This document shows, piece after piece, positions 36,594 through 46,366 of a stretch of 64,000 nt of DNA. Source of the stretch: Acidimicrobiales bacterium (GTDB lineage Bacteria; Actinomycetota; Acidimicrobiia; Acidimicrobiales; Bog-793). The stretch lies in assembly GCA_052146595.1 (NCBI GenBank), contig JBKQMT010000030.1, forward strand, positions 11,687 to 75,686, in the 5' to 3' direction. The translations under genes were made by a program, and so were the position numbers. Numbering within the stretch: position 1 is the stretch's first letter; every line of letters starts with the position of its first letter. A model generated the notes under the pieces. The model worked only from the letters and a program-made list of their open reading frames with translations, made no database searches and was not told the DNA's origin.

Positions 36594-38113
36594 GCGCCCC
36601 GATGCCCGCGGGCCGGGCCCTGGGAGCACCGCTGCTCGCCCGCGACTTCGAACCGACGATCTTCGAGTTCTCGGTGCCGGGACGCCATGCCGCCACCTTC
36701 CGGACGACGGACCTGCCGGCGTGGACCGCCGAGGAGCTCGTCCCCGAGCCCTTAAGGCGGAGCGAGCCGGTGGAGCTGCCGGAGGTCTCCGAGCGTGACC
36801 TGGTCGCCCACTTCACCCGCCTCACACACCGCCAGTACTCTGTCGATCTCGGCGCCTACCCACTCGGTTCGTGCACGATGAAGTACAACCCGAAGGCCGC
36901 CGACGCCGGTGCGTCGATACCGGGCTTCACCCAGGTGCACCCTGGCGCTCCGGCCTCGTGCACCCAGGGTTGGCTCGAGCTGTTGGTCGAGCTCGAGGAG
37001 AGCCTCTGCAAGATCACCGGGATGGCGGCCGCCACCTTGCAGCCCGCGGCCGGCGCCGCCGGCGAGCTGACGGGCCTCTTGCTGATGCGCGCCTATCACG
37101 AGGCTCACGGCGAGTCCGAGCGCCGCCGGCGAGTGATCATCCCCGACTCGGCTCACGGGACGAACCCGGCCTCGGTGACCCTGAGCGGTTACGAGGTCGC
37201 CACCGTCGGCACGAACGAACGGGGTGGGGTCGACCTGGACGCGCTGCGTGGCCTGCTCGGCGACGACGTGGCCGGGATCATGCTCACCAACCCCAGCACC
37301 CTTGGCCTGTTCGAGGACGACATCGTCGAGATCGCCGAAGCGGTCCACGGAGCCGGTGGCCTGCTCTACTACGACGGTGCCAACCTGAACGCCATCCTCG
37401 GGATCGTGCGGCCCGGCGACATGGGCTTTGACATCGTGCACATGAACGTGCACAAGACCTTCGCGACGCCGCACGGCGGGGGAGGCCCCGGGGCTGGTCC
37501 GGTGGCGGTCTGTGCCGAGCTGGCGCCTTTCCTGCCTGGCCCGAGGCCGACGCGCACGGAGTCGGGCTACGGGCTGACGATGCCGGAGCGCTCGATCGGA
37601 CGGGTCCATTCCTGGCACGGCAACGCCGTCGTCTTGCTCCGCGCGTGGATGTACCTACGCCTCAACGGGGGCGACGGTCTGCAGCGAGTGTCTGAGGTCG
37701 CCGTGCTGAACGCGAACTGGCTGAAAGAACGTCTCCGCGGGACCTACGACATCGCCTATGACAGAACGGTGATGCACGAGTGCGTCGTGTCCGCGAAGAC
37801 ACTCCACCACGATGTGGGCCTCTCCGCCCTCGATGTCGCCAAGCGCCTCATGGAGCTTGGCTTTCATCCTCCGACGGTCTACTTCCCGCTCATCGTGGAG
37901 GAGGCCTTGATGATCGAGCCCACCGAGACCGAGAGCCCCCAGACCGTGGCCGCGCTCGCCGACGCCTTCCTTCAGATCGCCAACGAAGCGCTCGCGGCCG
38001 GGAACGCGAAGGACGCGGAGGCAGCCCCGCGTTCGACTCCCGTCGGACGTGTGGACGAGGCACGGGCGGCCCGCAAGCTCGTGGTCACCTTCGATCAGCG
38101 CAGCGGGGACTGA
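36590..38113 (+). CDS. gcvPB: Glycine dehydrogenase subunit 2
   Basis: PLGSCTMKYNP, SAHGTNPAS, HKTFATPHGGGGPG, IEPTETES. Confidence 0.96.
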   Translation: MSAPMPAGRALGAPLLARDFEPTIFEFSVPGRHAATFRTTDLPAWTAEELVPEPLRRSEPVELPEVSERDLVAHFTRLTHRQYSVDLGAYPLGSCTMKYNPKAADAGASIPGFTQVHPGAPASCTQGWLELLVELEESLCKITGMAAATLQPAAGAAGELTGLLLMRAYHEAHGESERRRRVIIPDSAHGTNPASVTLSGYEVATVGTNERGGVDLDALRGLLGDDVAGIMLTNPSTLGLFEDDIVEIAEAVHGAGGLLYYDGANLNAILGIVRPGDMGFDIVHMNVHKTFATPHGGGGPGAGPVAVCAELAPFLPGPRPTRTESGYGLTMPERSIGRVHSWHGNAVVLLRAWMYLRLNGGDGLQRVSEVAVLNANWLKERLRGTYDIAYDRTVMHECVVSAKTLHHDVGLSALDVAKRLMELGFHPPTVYFPLIVEEALMIEPTETESPQTVAALADAFLQIANEALAAGNAKDAEAAPRSTPVGRVDEARAARKLVVTFDQRSGD

Positions 38114-38158
38114 GCCAGGGCGGGCCGTGACCGTGCCGTGCCGTGGCGGCGGCCGTGC

Positions 38159-39184
38159 TCAGGAGATGCGCTCGGCGAGATAGGCGAGCGACAGCGGGTA
38201 GCGGTACTCGATTGAGGCGTGGGTGCCGTCGAACAGCTCGAAGGCGACCTCGGTGACGCCGATCTCAGCCAGCTCGGCAACGAAGGCCCCGGCGCCGACG
38301 TCGAGGTGGTACTCGTCGGAGCGACCGGCGTCGACCCATATCGCTCGCTGGGAGCGCAGGGCCGGCACGTGGAGCGGGACCATCCTGACGGGGTCCCAGG
38401 CGAGCCAGCGCGCCCAGACGGCCTCGTCGATCCGCCCCGTGCGCAGGTCGAAGGGAACATTCACCGTCCCGTCCTCGTCTGCCGAGAAGCAGGCCGCCAT
38501 CGCCCAGGCCGACACGAGCTCCGCGTCGCTGCGGCGCGACAGGGCGGGTCGTGTCGCCATGTCGGCGAAGAAGGCCTCGAAGCTGGAGTCGTAGTTGTCC
38601 CGGAGCGTCCTGTAGGCCTCGATGAGCCCCGGCAGGTGGCAGCACTCGTAGAGGGCGTCGCCTGCGTGGCTGGCGAAGCCGCCGAAAAGGTCCGGTCGCA
38701 TCATGGCGGTGACCATCGCCCCGAAGCCGCCCGAGGACTTTCCCTGCACGGCGCGATGGGCAGGGTCGTCGAGGGTGCGGTAGTTGGCGTCTATGAACGA
38801 GACGACGTCCTCGCACAGGTAGGTGTGGTACCGCCCGGTCGCGGGCGAGTCGACGAACTGGCTACCGCCGAGCGAAGTCCAGGCGTCGACGAACACGACG
38901 ATGCACGGCGGAGCGCCACCGGACGCGAAGAGTTCGTCGGCCATCTCCAGATATGTAGGCCGGAGGTTGTTCGCCCGGGTCTTCCATGCCGGCAGGGCCC
39001 CGAAGAAGCCCTGGAGGACGTACACGCACGGGTAGAGCCGTGCCTGCTCGTCGTCATAGCCCGGGGGCAGGTACACATAAAGCGGCCGCCGGGCCGAGTC
39101 GCCCAGGGCGTTGTCCCCGAGTGCGGGGCTCGTGATCTCCAACTCCTCTAGACGGCCTGCATATGTCGATGACCAGGGTCGCAT
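38159..39184 (-). CDS. Alpha/beta hydrolase (enterochelin esterase-like)
   Basis: VYLPPGY; GKSSGG nucleophile elbow; DAGRSDEY; FDGTH; ATG at 39184. Confidence 0.88.
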   Translation of the reverse strand: MRPWSSTYAGRLEELEITSPALGDNALGDSARRPLYVYLPPGYDDEQARLYPCVYVLQGFFGALPAWKTRANNLRPTYLEMADELFASGGAPPCIVVFVDAWTSLGGSQFVDSPATGRYHTYLCEDVVSFIDANYRTLDDPAHRAVQGKSSGGFGAMVTAMMRPDLFGGFASHAGDALYECCHLPGLIEAYRTLRDNYDSSFEAFFADMATRPALSRRSDAELVSAWAMAACFSADEDGTVNVPFDLRTGRIDEAVWARWLAWDPVRMVPLHVPALRSQRAIWVDAGRSDEYHLDVGAGAFVAELAEIGVTEVAFELFDGTHASIEYRYPLSLAYLAERIS

Positions 39185-39292
39185 GGGCCAACCATAGGTG
39201 CCAGGAGACCTCTGGCCGGCGCCGGCGAGCGAGCTTGCGCGAGAGCGCAGGTCGGCGGGAGAAACGAGGTGGGGGAGGGCTAACCTCAAGGC

Positions 39293-39649
39293 GTGGGTCC
39301 CGCGTGGTTCTCGCGTCGGGCGGTCCTGCTCCATCTGACGGCGCTCGTCGTGGTCTCGGGCTGCTTGGCTCTTGGATGGTGGCAGCTGCACCGCGCGCTG
39401 TCCGGCAACCTTCTCAGCTGGGCCTACACCGTCGAATGGCCGTTTTTTGCGTGCTATGGCGTCTACATGTGGTGGAGGATCATTCACGAGCAACCCACCG
39501 ACCTCGCACAGATGCCATCGGAAAGGGCCGGCGGCGGGGCTTCGAGCAACGGCTCGGATCCGCCTGGAGACGAAGAGGACGAGGAGCTCGCTGCCTACAA
39601 CCGTTACTTGGCCGAGTTGAACGCCGAAGACGAGCGGAAGCTACGTTGA
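39293..39649 (+). CDS. Small conserved membrane protein
   Basis: LGWWQ...YTVEWPFF...DEELAAYNRYLAELN, typical of the actinobacterial partner of DUF3817. Confidence 0.85.
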   Translation: MGPAWFSRRAVLLHLTALVVVSGCLALGWWQLHRALSGNLLSWAYTVEWPFFACYGVYMWWRIIHEQPTDLAQMPSERAGGGASSNGSDPPGDEEDEELAAYNRYLAELNAEDERKLR

Positions 39650-39656
39650 GGGGCTC

Positions 39657-40028
39657 GTGGACCGGGCCCTCAAATCCAGTCTCCTTCGCTACCGGGCCAT
39701 GGCCTACGTCGTCGGCGTCGGGCTTCTCGTCCTCGTCCTCGTCGGCGTCCCGCTTCAGTACGCAGCCGGCAAGCCAGCGGTCGTGCAGGTTGTCGGCCCG
39801 ATACACGGGTTCTTGTACATCGTCTACCTGCTCTCCGCGGCCGATCTCGGGCGGAGGTTCCGTCTCAGCCTCGGACAGATGATCGCACTTGTGGCGGCGG
39901 GCTTCCTCCCGTTCCTCGCCTTCGTGGTCGAGCGCCTCACCACGCGGCGCATCGAGCAGGCACACCAAGGCCTCCTCTTCCGTAGCGACCCACCTGTCCC
40001 GGGCGGGCACCAGGAAGCCACCCGATGA
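39657..40028 (+). CDS. DUF3817 membrane protein
   Basis: RYRAMAYVVG, HGFLYIVYL, AGFLPFLAF. Confidence 0.88.
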   Translation: MDRALKSSLLRYRAMAYVVGVGLLVLVLVGVPLQYAAGKPAVVQVVGPIHGFLYIVYLLSAADLGRRFRLSLGQMIALVAAGFLPFLAFVVERLTTRRIEQAHQGLLFRSDPPVPGGHQEATR

Positions 40029-40942
40029 TGCCGCAAGGCGTCTTCTTGGAGTCCGGAGCGCTCGGGGCACCCGCTGTCGTGATCCACGGAGGAGCCGGCG
40101 AGTTCCGCCGCCTCAGCTCGGCGGGCGAGCTCGCACGGCTCGAGGAGGACCTCGCCGCCGCGCTCGAGACTGCGTGGGAGGTACTGGCCGCAGCCGGTCC
40201 CGCCATCGAGGCCGTGGTACAGGCCGTCGCCTGCCTGGAGGCCTCGGGGGACTTCAACGCCGGAAGAGGTGCAGTCGCCACCTGCAAAGGCACGGTCGAG
40301 ACCGACGCCGCGGTGATGGAAGGCGCCAGCGGGAGCGTCGGGGCGGTCTGTGCTGCGACATGGCCTGAGAGCCCCGTGCGCGCCGCCCGGGCGGTCATGG
40401 CGCTGAGAGGCCCGGTGCAAGGGCCGGTCCTGCTCGCAGGCGCAGGCGCCGACCGCTTCTGCGAGGACGCCGGTCTCGCCCGCAGGGATCCGGCCCTGCT
40501 CACCGGCGAGGGCGTCGTTCCCATCTCGCGCAGCGGAACTGTGGGGGCTGTCGCCCTCGACCGCGACGGCCATCTCGCCGCCGCCACCTCCACCGGGGGG
40601 CGGCTCGGCAAGCGGCCCGGGCGTGTGGGGGACTCGCCGATCGCCGGGGCCGGAACCTGGGCGGACGACCGGAGTGTCGCGGTCTCGGCGACCGGTGAAG
40701 GTGAGTCGTTCCTGGTGGCGGGGTTCGCGCACCGCGTCGAGTGGGCCGTAATGGCAGGAGCGCCGCTCGAAACGGCGCTCAGCGACGCCCTCGCATCGGT
40801 TCGCGCACGCGGCGGTCACGGGGGCGCGGTCGTGCTTGGGCGAGATGGCCGCTTCGCTGTGGCATTCGACACCTTTGCCATGGCCCGGGGCTGGCGGGGC
40901 ATGGCCACCTCGACGGTTCGGCCGCTCCGGCCGGCTGGCTGA
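40025..40942 (+). CDS. Isoaspartyl peptidase/L-asparaginase (Ntn hydrolase)
   Basis: IHGGAG, FNAGRG, GTVGAVA, ATSTGG, GRVGDSP. Confidence 0.92.
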   Translation: MMPQGVFLESGALGAPAVVIHGGAGEFRRLSSAGELARLEEDLAAALETAWEVLAAAGPAIEAVVQAVACLEASGDFNAGRGAVATCKGTVETDAAVMEGASGSVGAVCAATWPESPVRAARAVMALRGPVQGPVLLAGAGADRFCEDAGLARRDPALLTGEGVVPISRSGTVGAVALDRDGHLAAATSTGGRLGKRPGRVGDSPIAGAGTWADDRSVAVSATGEGESFLVAGFAHRVEWAVMAGAPLETALSDALASVRARGGHGGAVVLGRDGRFAVAFDTFAMARGWRGMATSTVRPLRPAG

Positions 40943-40968
40943 AGGACAGCGCCGCCTCGCCTTCCGCC

Positions 40969-42822
40969 TTAGCTTTCCGCCTCCCGGCGCAGAGCCGAGC
41001 GGGAATTGGCCAGGGAGTCGGGTGCGAGGACGATCCGGTCCCGGCCCAGGGACTTGGCTTGGTACATGGCCGAATCCGCCACGTTCACCACCTCTTCGAG
41101 CACCGCCCCATGGCGGGGGAAGAAGGCGACTCCGATCGAAGCGGTCATGCGCTCGACCCCGATCCCAGGCGGGGGCAGCTTCGTCAGGACTTCCTGCACG
41201 CCCTCGGCGACCCGCATCGCCCCGACCTCGTCTGTGTCATGAAGCATGACGAGAAACTCCTCGCCTCCGTAGCGCACCGCCGCGTCACCCGTCCGAAGGG
41301 TGGCCTGTATCGCTCGTCCGACATTGCGGAGCAGCACGTCACCGGCCGCGTGGCCGCACTGGTCGTTCACGCGCTTGAAGTGGTCGAGGTCGATCAGCAG
41401 GATCCCGATCTCAGTTCCCGCCCGAGCGCTGCGCGCCGCCTCGCGGGCAGCGAGTTCGTCCCACCAGCGGTGGTTGAGCAGGCCTGTCAAGGTGTCGGTC
41501 ATCGCGCGCCGCTCGAGCTCGGCATATAGCTGCGCGTTGCGCCAGGCGGCCGCTGTGATGTAGCCGAAAAGGGCGCACCGCTCGAGATCCTCCTCGGTGA
41601 ACTGGGACAGGCCGTTGCGCCACATGTCGATGACGCCCAGCCGGTGGTCCCCCGCGATGAGCGGCACGACGAGCATGGACTCTTCGAGGGTCGACTCGTC
41701 TTGTCCCGGAATCGGCAGGGCTTCGGAGTGGCTGCGGGTGTCCGGGCAGTTGTAGGGGTAGCCGCGCAGGAACGCCCACCCGGTGATGCCCCTGTCCAGG
41801 GAGATCTCCATCTCGTGGAGCCCGTCCAGTGCCCCGCCCGCGAGCACGCGTGGGCGGAGCTTGTACCGCTGCCAGTCCGCCTCGAAGATCGCGAAGCGGT
41901 CCGCGCGGACCGTGAGCGGCAGGTACTCGGCAGTGACCTGGAGGATCTGCGTCGGATCGTGCTCGGCCTGCATCCTGCGAGCCGCCTCACCGAGCGACCA
42001 GGCGAAGCCTTGGGCGTCGAGGGGCACGTCCCCGGCCGTCGGAAGCTTGGCGATGAGGGCCGGGGCGTCCAGCGCCACGCCCGGCGCGGCGAGCACCCGC
42101 ACTCCCTGCTGGCGGAACCAGGCCGGGGACACGACCTCGTCTCCCGGCTCGGCCCAGCTGGCATTGAGGAGCGCCGGTGAACCGAGGTGGGGGCCGATAC
42201 CGAGCCGCACGCCGAGCCCGATCATGCGGTGGGCAGTGGCGTCGTCGACGATGCCGCGAGGGATGACATGGGCGCTGAGGCGTGCGCAGTAGGCGAGCAG
42301 ACCCGCCAGCTCAGCGCGAGCTCGGATGCCGGTCGCCACGTAGTCGGTGTAGGTCGGGTCCAAGAACACGAAGTTCGGCATCAAGTCGGCGACCGGGCCG
42401 CGCCCGAGCACCCCCGGCGCGACGTCTGCGAGGGCGACCTGGAATCCCTGATTGCGTAGTTGCTCGACCCGGCGTCCGACGAGGGCCGAGAGGCCGAGCG
42501 CCGTGGACTCGGCGATCAGCCATGCGACCTCTCCGGGTGCGGCCCCGATGTCCTCGGCCCGTGTGAACGGGTCGAACTCCTCGTCCTCGAGGAGATCTGT
42601 CGCCAGGGGAACGAAGACCAGGGCCGGGCTCGTGTACTGAACCGCCAGGAGCGCGCCGCGCACGAAGCTGCGCATGTCGTAGCGCATCGGCCCGCGGGGG
42701 AGGGCTTCGTAGCCGAAGACGGTGCGGTCCTGGAGGTCCATCACGGGCTGGAGCGCAACGAGGGCAGAGAAATCAGACGTGCCTTCTTCTGGCTCGTCGC
42801 CTCGCAGCCCGGGCGCTTTCAC
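40969..42822 (-). CDS. Diguanylate cyclase: degenerate EAL - GAF - GGDEF
   Basis: GYEALPR, GAF, DTLTGLLN, RTGD I-site, RYGGEEF; probable GTG start at 42822 (ORF-track extension overlaps the ROK gene). Confidence 0.88.
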   Translation of the reverse strand: MKAPGLRGDEPEEGTSDFSALVALQPVMDLQDRTVFGYEALPRGPMRYDMRSFVRGALLAVQYTSPALVFVPLATDLLEDEEFDPFTRAEDIGAAPGEVAWLIAESTALGLSALVGRRVEQLRNQGFQVALADVAPGVLGRGPVADLMPNFVFLDPTYTDYVATGIRARAELAGLLAYCARLSAHVIPRGIVDDATAHRMIGLGVRLGIGPHLGSPALLNASWAEPGDEVVSPAWFRQQGVRVLAAPGVALDAPALIAKLPTAGDVPLDAQGFAWSLGEAARRMQAEHDPTQILQVTAEYLPLTVRADRFAIFEADWQRYKLRPRVLAGGALDGLHEMEISLDRGITGWAFLRGYPYNCPDTRSHSEALPIPGQDESTLEESMLVVPLIAGDHRLGVIDMWRNGLSQFTEEDLERCALFGYITAAAWRNAQLYAELERRAMTDTLTGLLNHRWWDELAAREAARSARAGTEIGILLIDLDHFKRVNDQCGHAAGDVLLRNVGRAIQATLRTGDAAVRYGGEEFLVMLHDTDEVGAMRVAEGVQEVLTKLPPPGIGVERMTASIGVAFFPRHGAVLEEVVNVADSAMYQAKSLGRDRIVLAPDSLANSRSALRREAES

Positions 42823-42928
42823 GTCGCCAGCGTAGAGCGATACGGCGAGCGAATGTAGCGGACGCGTAATATCCGCGGTCCTCCGCCAGTGGCGATCCTG
42901 ACGAGGACTTGAGGATAGAGTCCCGCAG

Positions 42929-43963
42929 GTGAACAGCCGCGGCCGCGAGCCATGGGTCGTCGTCGGCCTCGACAACGGTGGCACGAGCAACAGCGCCACG
43001 CTGCTCGACAGTAGGGGGCGGTTCCTCGTGAACGAGCTGTTCGAAAGCCCTAGCCGCGTCCGTGAAGGGCCGGAGGTGGCGATCGGCGCCCTGGTCGAGT
43101 CGCTCGATCGTGTGCTCGCCCTCACCGATAGGCCACGAGGTTCGGTGCGGGCGGTCGGCCTCGGTACGCCAGGCCCGGCGAGCGCGGAGGGCGTCATCTC
43201 CGCGAGGGGGGCCACGAACTTCTCCGAAGCGGCTTGGCACCGCTTCGACTTTCGCGGCGCTTTGGAGCGTCGCCTTGGCGTTCCTGTGATCTACAGCAAT
43301 GACGGCAACGCGGCGGCGCTTTACGCTCACGACTCGTACTTCGGTCGCGAAGCCACCGTGAGGTCCTCTATCTCGGCGATCGTCGGCACGGGCCTCGGGG
43401 GCGGGGTCATAGAGGCAGGACGTGTCGTCCGGGGAGCTGCCGGAATGGCGGGCGAGCTCGGTCACGTCCACATACCGATGGAAGGACTCCTTGCCGAGGG
43501 CCAGCCGATCCCGCAGTGCAATTGCGGCTTCGCCGGCGACGTCGAGAGCGTGGCGTCCCTGACCGGGATACAGAACAACCTCTTGCCCTATTGGTTGACG
43601 CGCTTTCCTGACCACGAGCTCACGACGGCGGAGTCGATCGTCGAGGCGGCCAAGTTGGTCCGGGGCTACGGGGTGGCGGGGGACCCTCTCGCCACGGAGA
43701 TCTTCAGGCAGCAGGCGATGGCCCTCGGTCGGCTTTTTACGATCGCGAGCAACTTCCTCGATCCCGACGGCTACTTCGTCGGCGGTGGCGTCGTCGAGGC
43801 ATCATCGAGCTTTCGCGAGTGGTTCCTGGCGGAGATCCGCGAGAACACCTCGCTTCGCGAGGAGCAGGCCGATGTCGTCTCGTTCGCGCTCATTCCCGAC
43901 CTGGACATGGCAGGCGCCCGGGGGGCTGCGCTCGCCGCGCTCCAGTGGCTGGAGAGCTCTTGA
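42929..43963 (+). CDS. ROK family sugar kinase
   Basis: GLDNGGT, NDGNAAA, GTGLGGG, AGELGH, CNCG. Confidence 0.9.
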   Translation: MNSRGREPWVVVGLDNGGTSNSATLLDSRGRFLVNELFESPSRVREGPEVAIGALVESLDRVLALTDRPRGSVRAVGLGTPGPASAEGVISARGATNFSEAAWHRFDFRGALERRLGVPVIYSNDGNAAALYAHDSYFGREATVRSSISAIVGTGLGGGVIEAGRVVRGAAGMAGELGHVHIPMEGLLAEGQPIPQCNCGFAGDVESVASLTGIQNNLLPYWLTRFPDHELTTAESIVEAAKLVRGYGVAGDPLATEIFRQQAMALGRLFTIASNFLDPDGYFVGGGVVEASSSFREWFLAEIRENTSLREEQADVVSFALIPDLDMAGARGAALAALQWLESS

Positions 43964-44091
43964 TCGTGCACAGGTCCCGGCGGGCGCGATCGAGGGTGAC
44001 GAGTCGGCACGGCACACGCGGTGTCAGCAATGTGCCGGCGCGGTGTCGCCGACCGTAGCAAAGGTCCTTCGCTTGCAGCCACACTTGTGAG

Positions 44092-45150
44092 GTGACCACG
44101 ACCATGCCTGAGCCTTTCGCCGAGACCGCCTGGAGCAGCCGTGTCAACGGGGCTCCGATCGCCTTCGACTACGACGACGTCAGCCTCGTGCCGCGGGTCG
44201 TCTCGACTCTCACCCATCGCGTTGACGCCGAACCTGGGATCGACTTCGGTCCGATTCGACTGTCCCTGCCGATCATCGGCGCTCCCATGCCAGATGTCTG
44301 CGGAGCCGAGATGTGCCGCGCACTGGCCGCCGAGGGAACCGCGGGTGTGCTCCACCGGTTCCAGACGGTCGCCTCCCAAGTGGAGGGCGTTCACGGCGCG
44401 GTGGCGGGCAATAGCGCCGAAGCAACTTCGCCTCCGCCTGCTGCCGCCATCGGCGTGAGCGGCGATTTCCAGGAGAGGTTCTCGGTGCTGTACGAAGCCG
44501 GTGTCCGAGTCTTCTGCCTTGACACTGCCAACGGTGCTCACGTCCAGGTCGAGGCCGCGATCAGGTGGTGTCGTGCCCAGGCGACGGACATCTTCGTGGT
44601 GGCGGGCAACGTCGCCTCAGCCGAGTCGTTCCGTTGGCTGGAGGATCACGGCGCCGACGCGATACGCGTCGGGATCGCGGGAGGCTCGGTCTGCGAGACG
44701 AGGACCGAGACGGGAGTGTTCGTTCCTACGCCTTACGCGGTGTGGGAATGCGCCCAGGCGAAGCGCCAGGCGCTCGTCATCGGCGACTCGGGAGTCCGTA
44801 CCCCCTCAGACTTCTGCAAGCTGCTGGCGCTCGGTGCCGACGCCGTCATGCTCGGCTCTGCTCTTGCCGGCACCCGCGAGGCCCCCGGTCGCATCATCGT
44901 TGTCGATGGCAGCAAGTACAAGATCATGCGCGGCGCCGCTTCCTTCTCCGTGCAACAAGAACATGGTGGTGAGCAACCCGAATACGTGGAAGGTGCCGAG
45001 ACCATGGTCTCCTACAAGGGCTCGGTGGTCGATGTGACCTCGAGGTACCGCGCCGGATTGCGCAGCTCGATGTCATACATGAACGCACGGACGCTCGAGG
45101 AGTACCGCACGAACGTGAACTTCGTGTTCCACTACAGCCGCCCGGGCTGA
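44092..45150 (+). CDS. IMPDH/GMP reductase family protein without CBS domains (probably GMP reductase)
   Basis: YDDVSLVP, LDTANG, AGNVA, RVGIAGGSVCETR, GLRSSMSY. Confidence 0.85.
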   Translation: MTTTMPEPFAETAWSSRVNGAPIAFDYDDVSLVPRVVSTLTHRVDAEPGIDFGPIRLSLPIIGAPMPDVCGAEMCRALAAEGTAGVLHRFQTVASQVEGVHGAVAGNSAEATSPPPAAAIGVSGDFQERFSVLYEAGVRVFCLDTANGAHVQVEAAIRWCRAQATDIFVVAGNVASAESFRWLEDHGADAIRVGIAGGSVCETRTETGVFVPTPYAVWECAQAKRQALVIGDSGVRTPSDFCKLLALGADAVMLGSALAGTREAPGRIIVVDGSKYKIMRGAASFSVQQEHGGEQPEYVEGAETMVSYKGSVVDVTSRYRAGLRSSMSYMNARTLEEYRTNVNFVFHYSRPG

Positions 45151-45157
45151 TTCAGGG

Positions 45158-45949
45158 CTACGGCGCCCAAGCGCTGTTGCCCGGTGTCGGGGCGGCAAAG
45201 GGCTGACCCTCCGAGTTGGCGTCAGGCGACCGGTCGGAGAGAAACGCCGGCGGGGCAACCTCGAGGTCCTCGATCGGGACAGGATAGGCGTGGAAGTAGC
45301 CCTGCCCTTGGTCGCAGCGGAAACTTGCCAGTGCCTGGGCCTGAGGAGCGGTCTCAATGCCTTCGGCGGTGACCCTCAAATGCAGGGAGTGAGCTAGGTC
45401 TATGACGCCTCGGACCAGGCTGGCGCCGGCCTCATCGGTGACACGGTCGGTACGATCACATCGGTGAGGTTCTGGACCAGCGCTTCGAGCCGGCCAGCTT
45501 GCTGGATCTGAGCCCGTGCCAGCTCCGCCAGCAAGGTAGAGGTGGAGATCGTTGCCGGAGCAGGGCCACCGACCACGAGAAGGTCGTCGTCGCCGTTGGA
45601 GACCTTCTCCTCGACCAGAAGCTGCAGGGCGGCGTCCACCTCAGGCGTCTTGGCGCTAACGACCAGGCCAGCAGTCTTCGGGAGCAGCGCAACAGGCTTG
45701 TGCGCGTACAATGCCCACCCGAAGCCCACTGGTCCAAGCATGTACTGGTGGAAGAACGAGCGGTTGATCAGCGCCGCCGAACCGTCCGGACGCCTCAGCA
45801 CGATGCTGCGACGCCCATCGTCCTGTCGGAACCACTGATCCACCTCCCGGCAAGTCAAACTGTCCGACATCGCTTGCCGCTGCGTCGCCAGCGACCGCCA
45901 CCGCCGCCGAGAAACCGCCGTGCATGTTTGTCGTCATCGGCAGTGTCAC
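45158..45949 (-). pseudogene. Remnant of a sensor-PAS-(GGDEF)-EAL gene with frameshift and large internal deletion
   Basis: RBS AAGGAG then GTG at 45949; frame change near 45870; PAS start RLEALVQNLTDVI abuts, out of frame, the EAL tail SLVRGVIDLAHSLHLRVTAEGIET...DQGQGY. Confidence 0.8.
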
Positions 45950-46366
45950 AAGTCTCCTTGAGAAGGACCTGTTTGTCTCCTGCTGGTTACCTTCAGTTCA
46001 TCTCATGTTCAACAAGGAGCCAGATAGAGGCGGCTCCTTCACTGCCAAAACGAGCTCTCCTATAACGACCGCTTCACGCCGCGACCTGCAACGGCTCTTT
46101 CCCGGAAGTGGGGGAGCGCCGTTGTAGACCTTTTGACCGATCGCGCCTCACAATAGTTGGGGCTCGAAGGAGACATCGAAGCCGGCTGCGATGGCCCGGT
46201 CCCGGCCAGAATGCCGGTAGCGACGTCTTGCCGGCCGGCTTCGGTTTTGACGAGCGACGTCCCAAAGACGCACGATGACCGGCAAGCGGCCAAACCGGGT
46301 ACCGAGAGCGGGTGATCAGGCCCCTACCCAGCTCCAAGGTTCCAAGCCGGTGAGCGAGGAGGGTCG

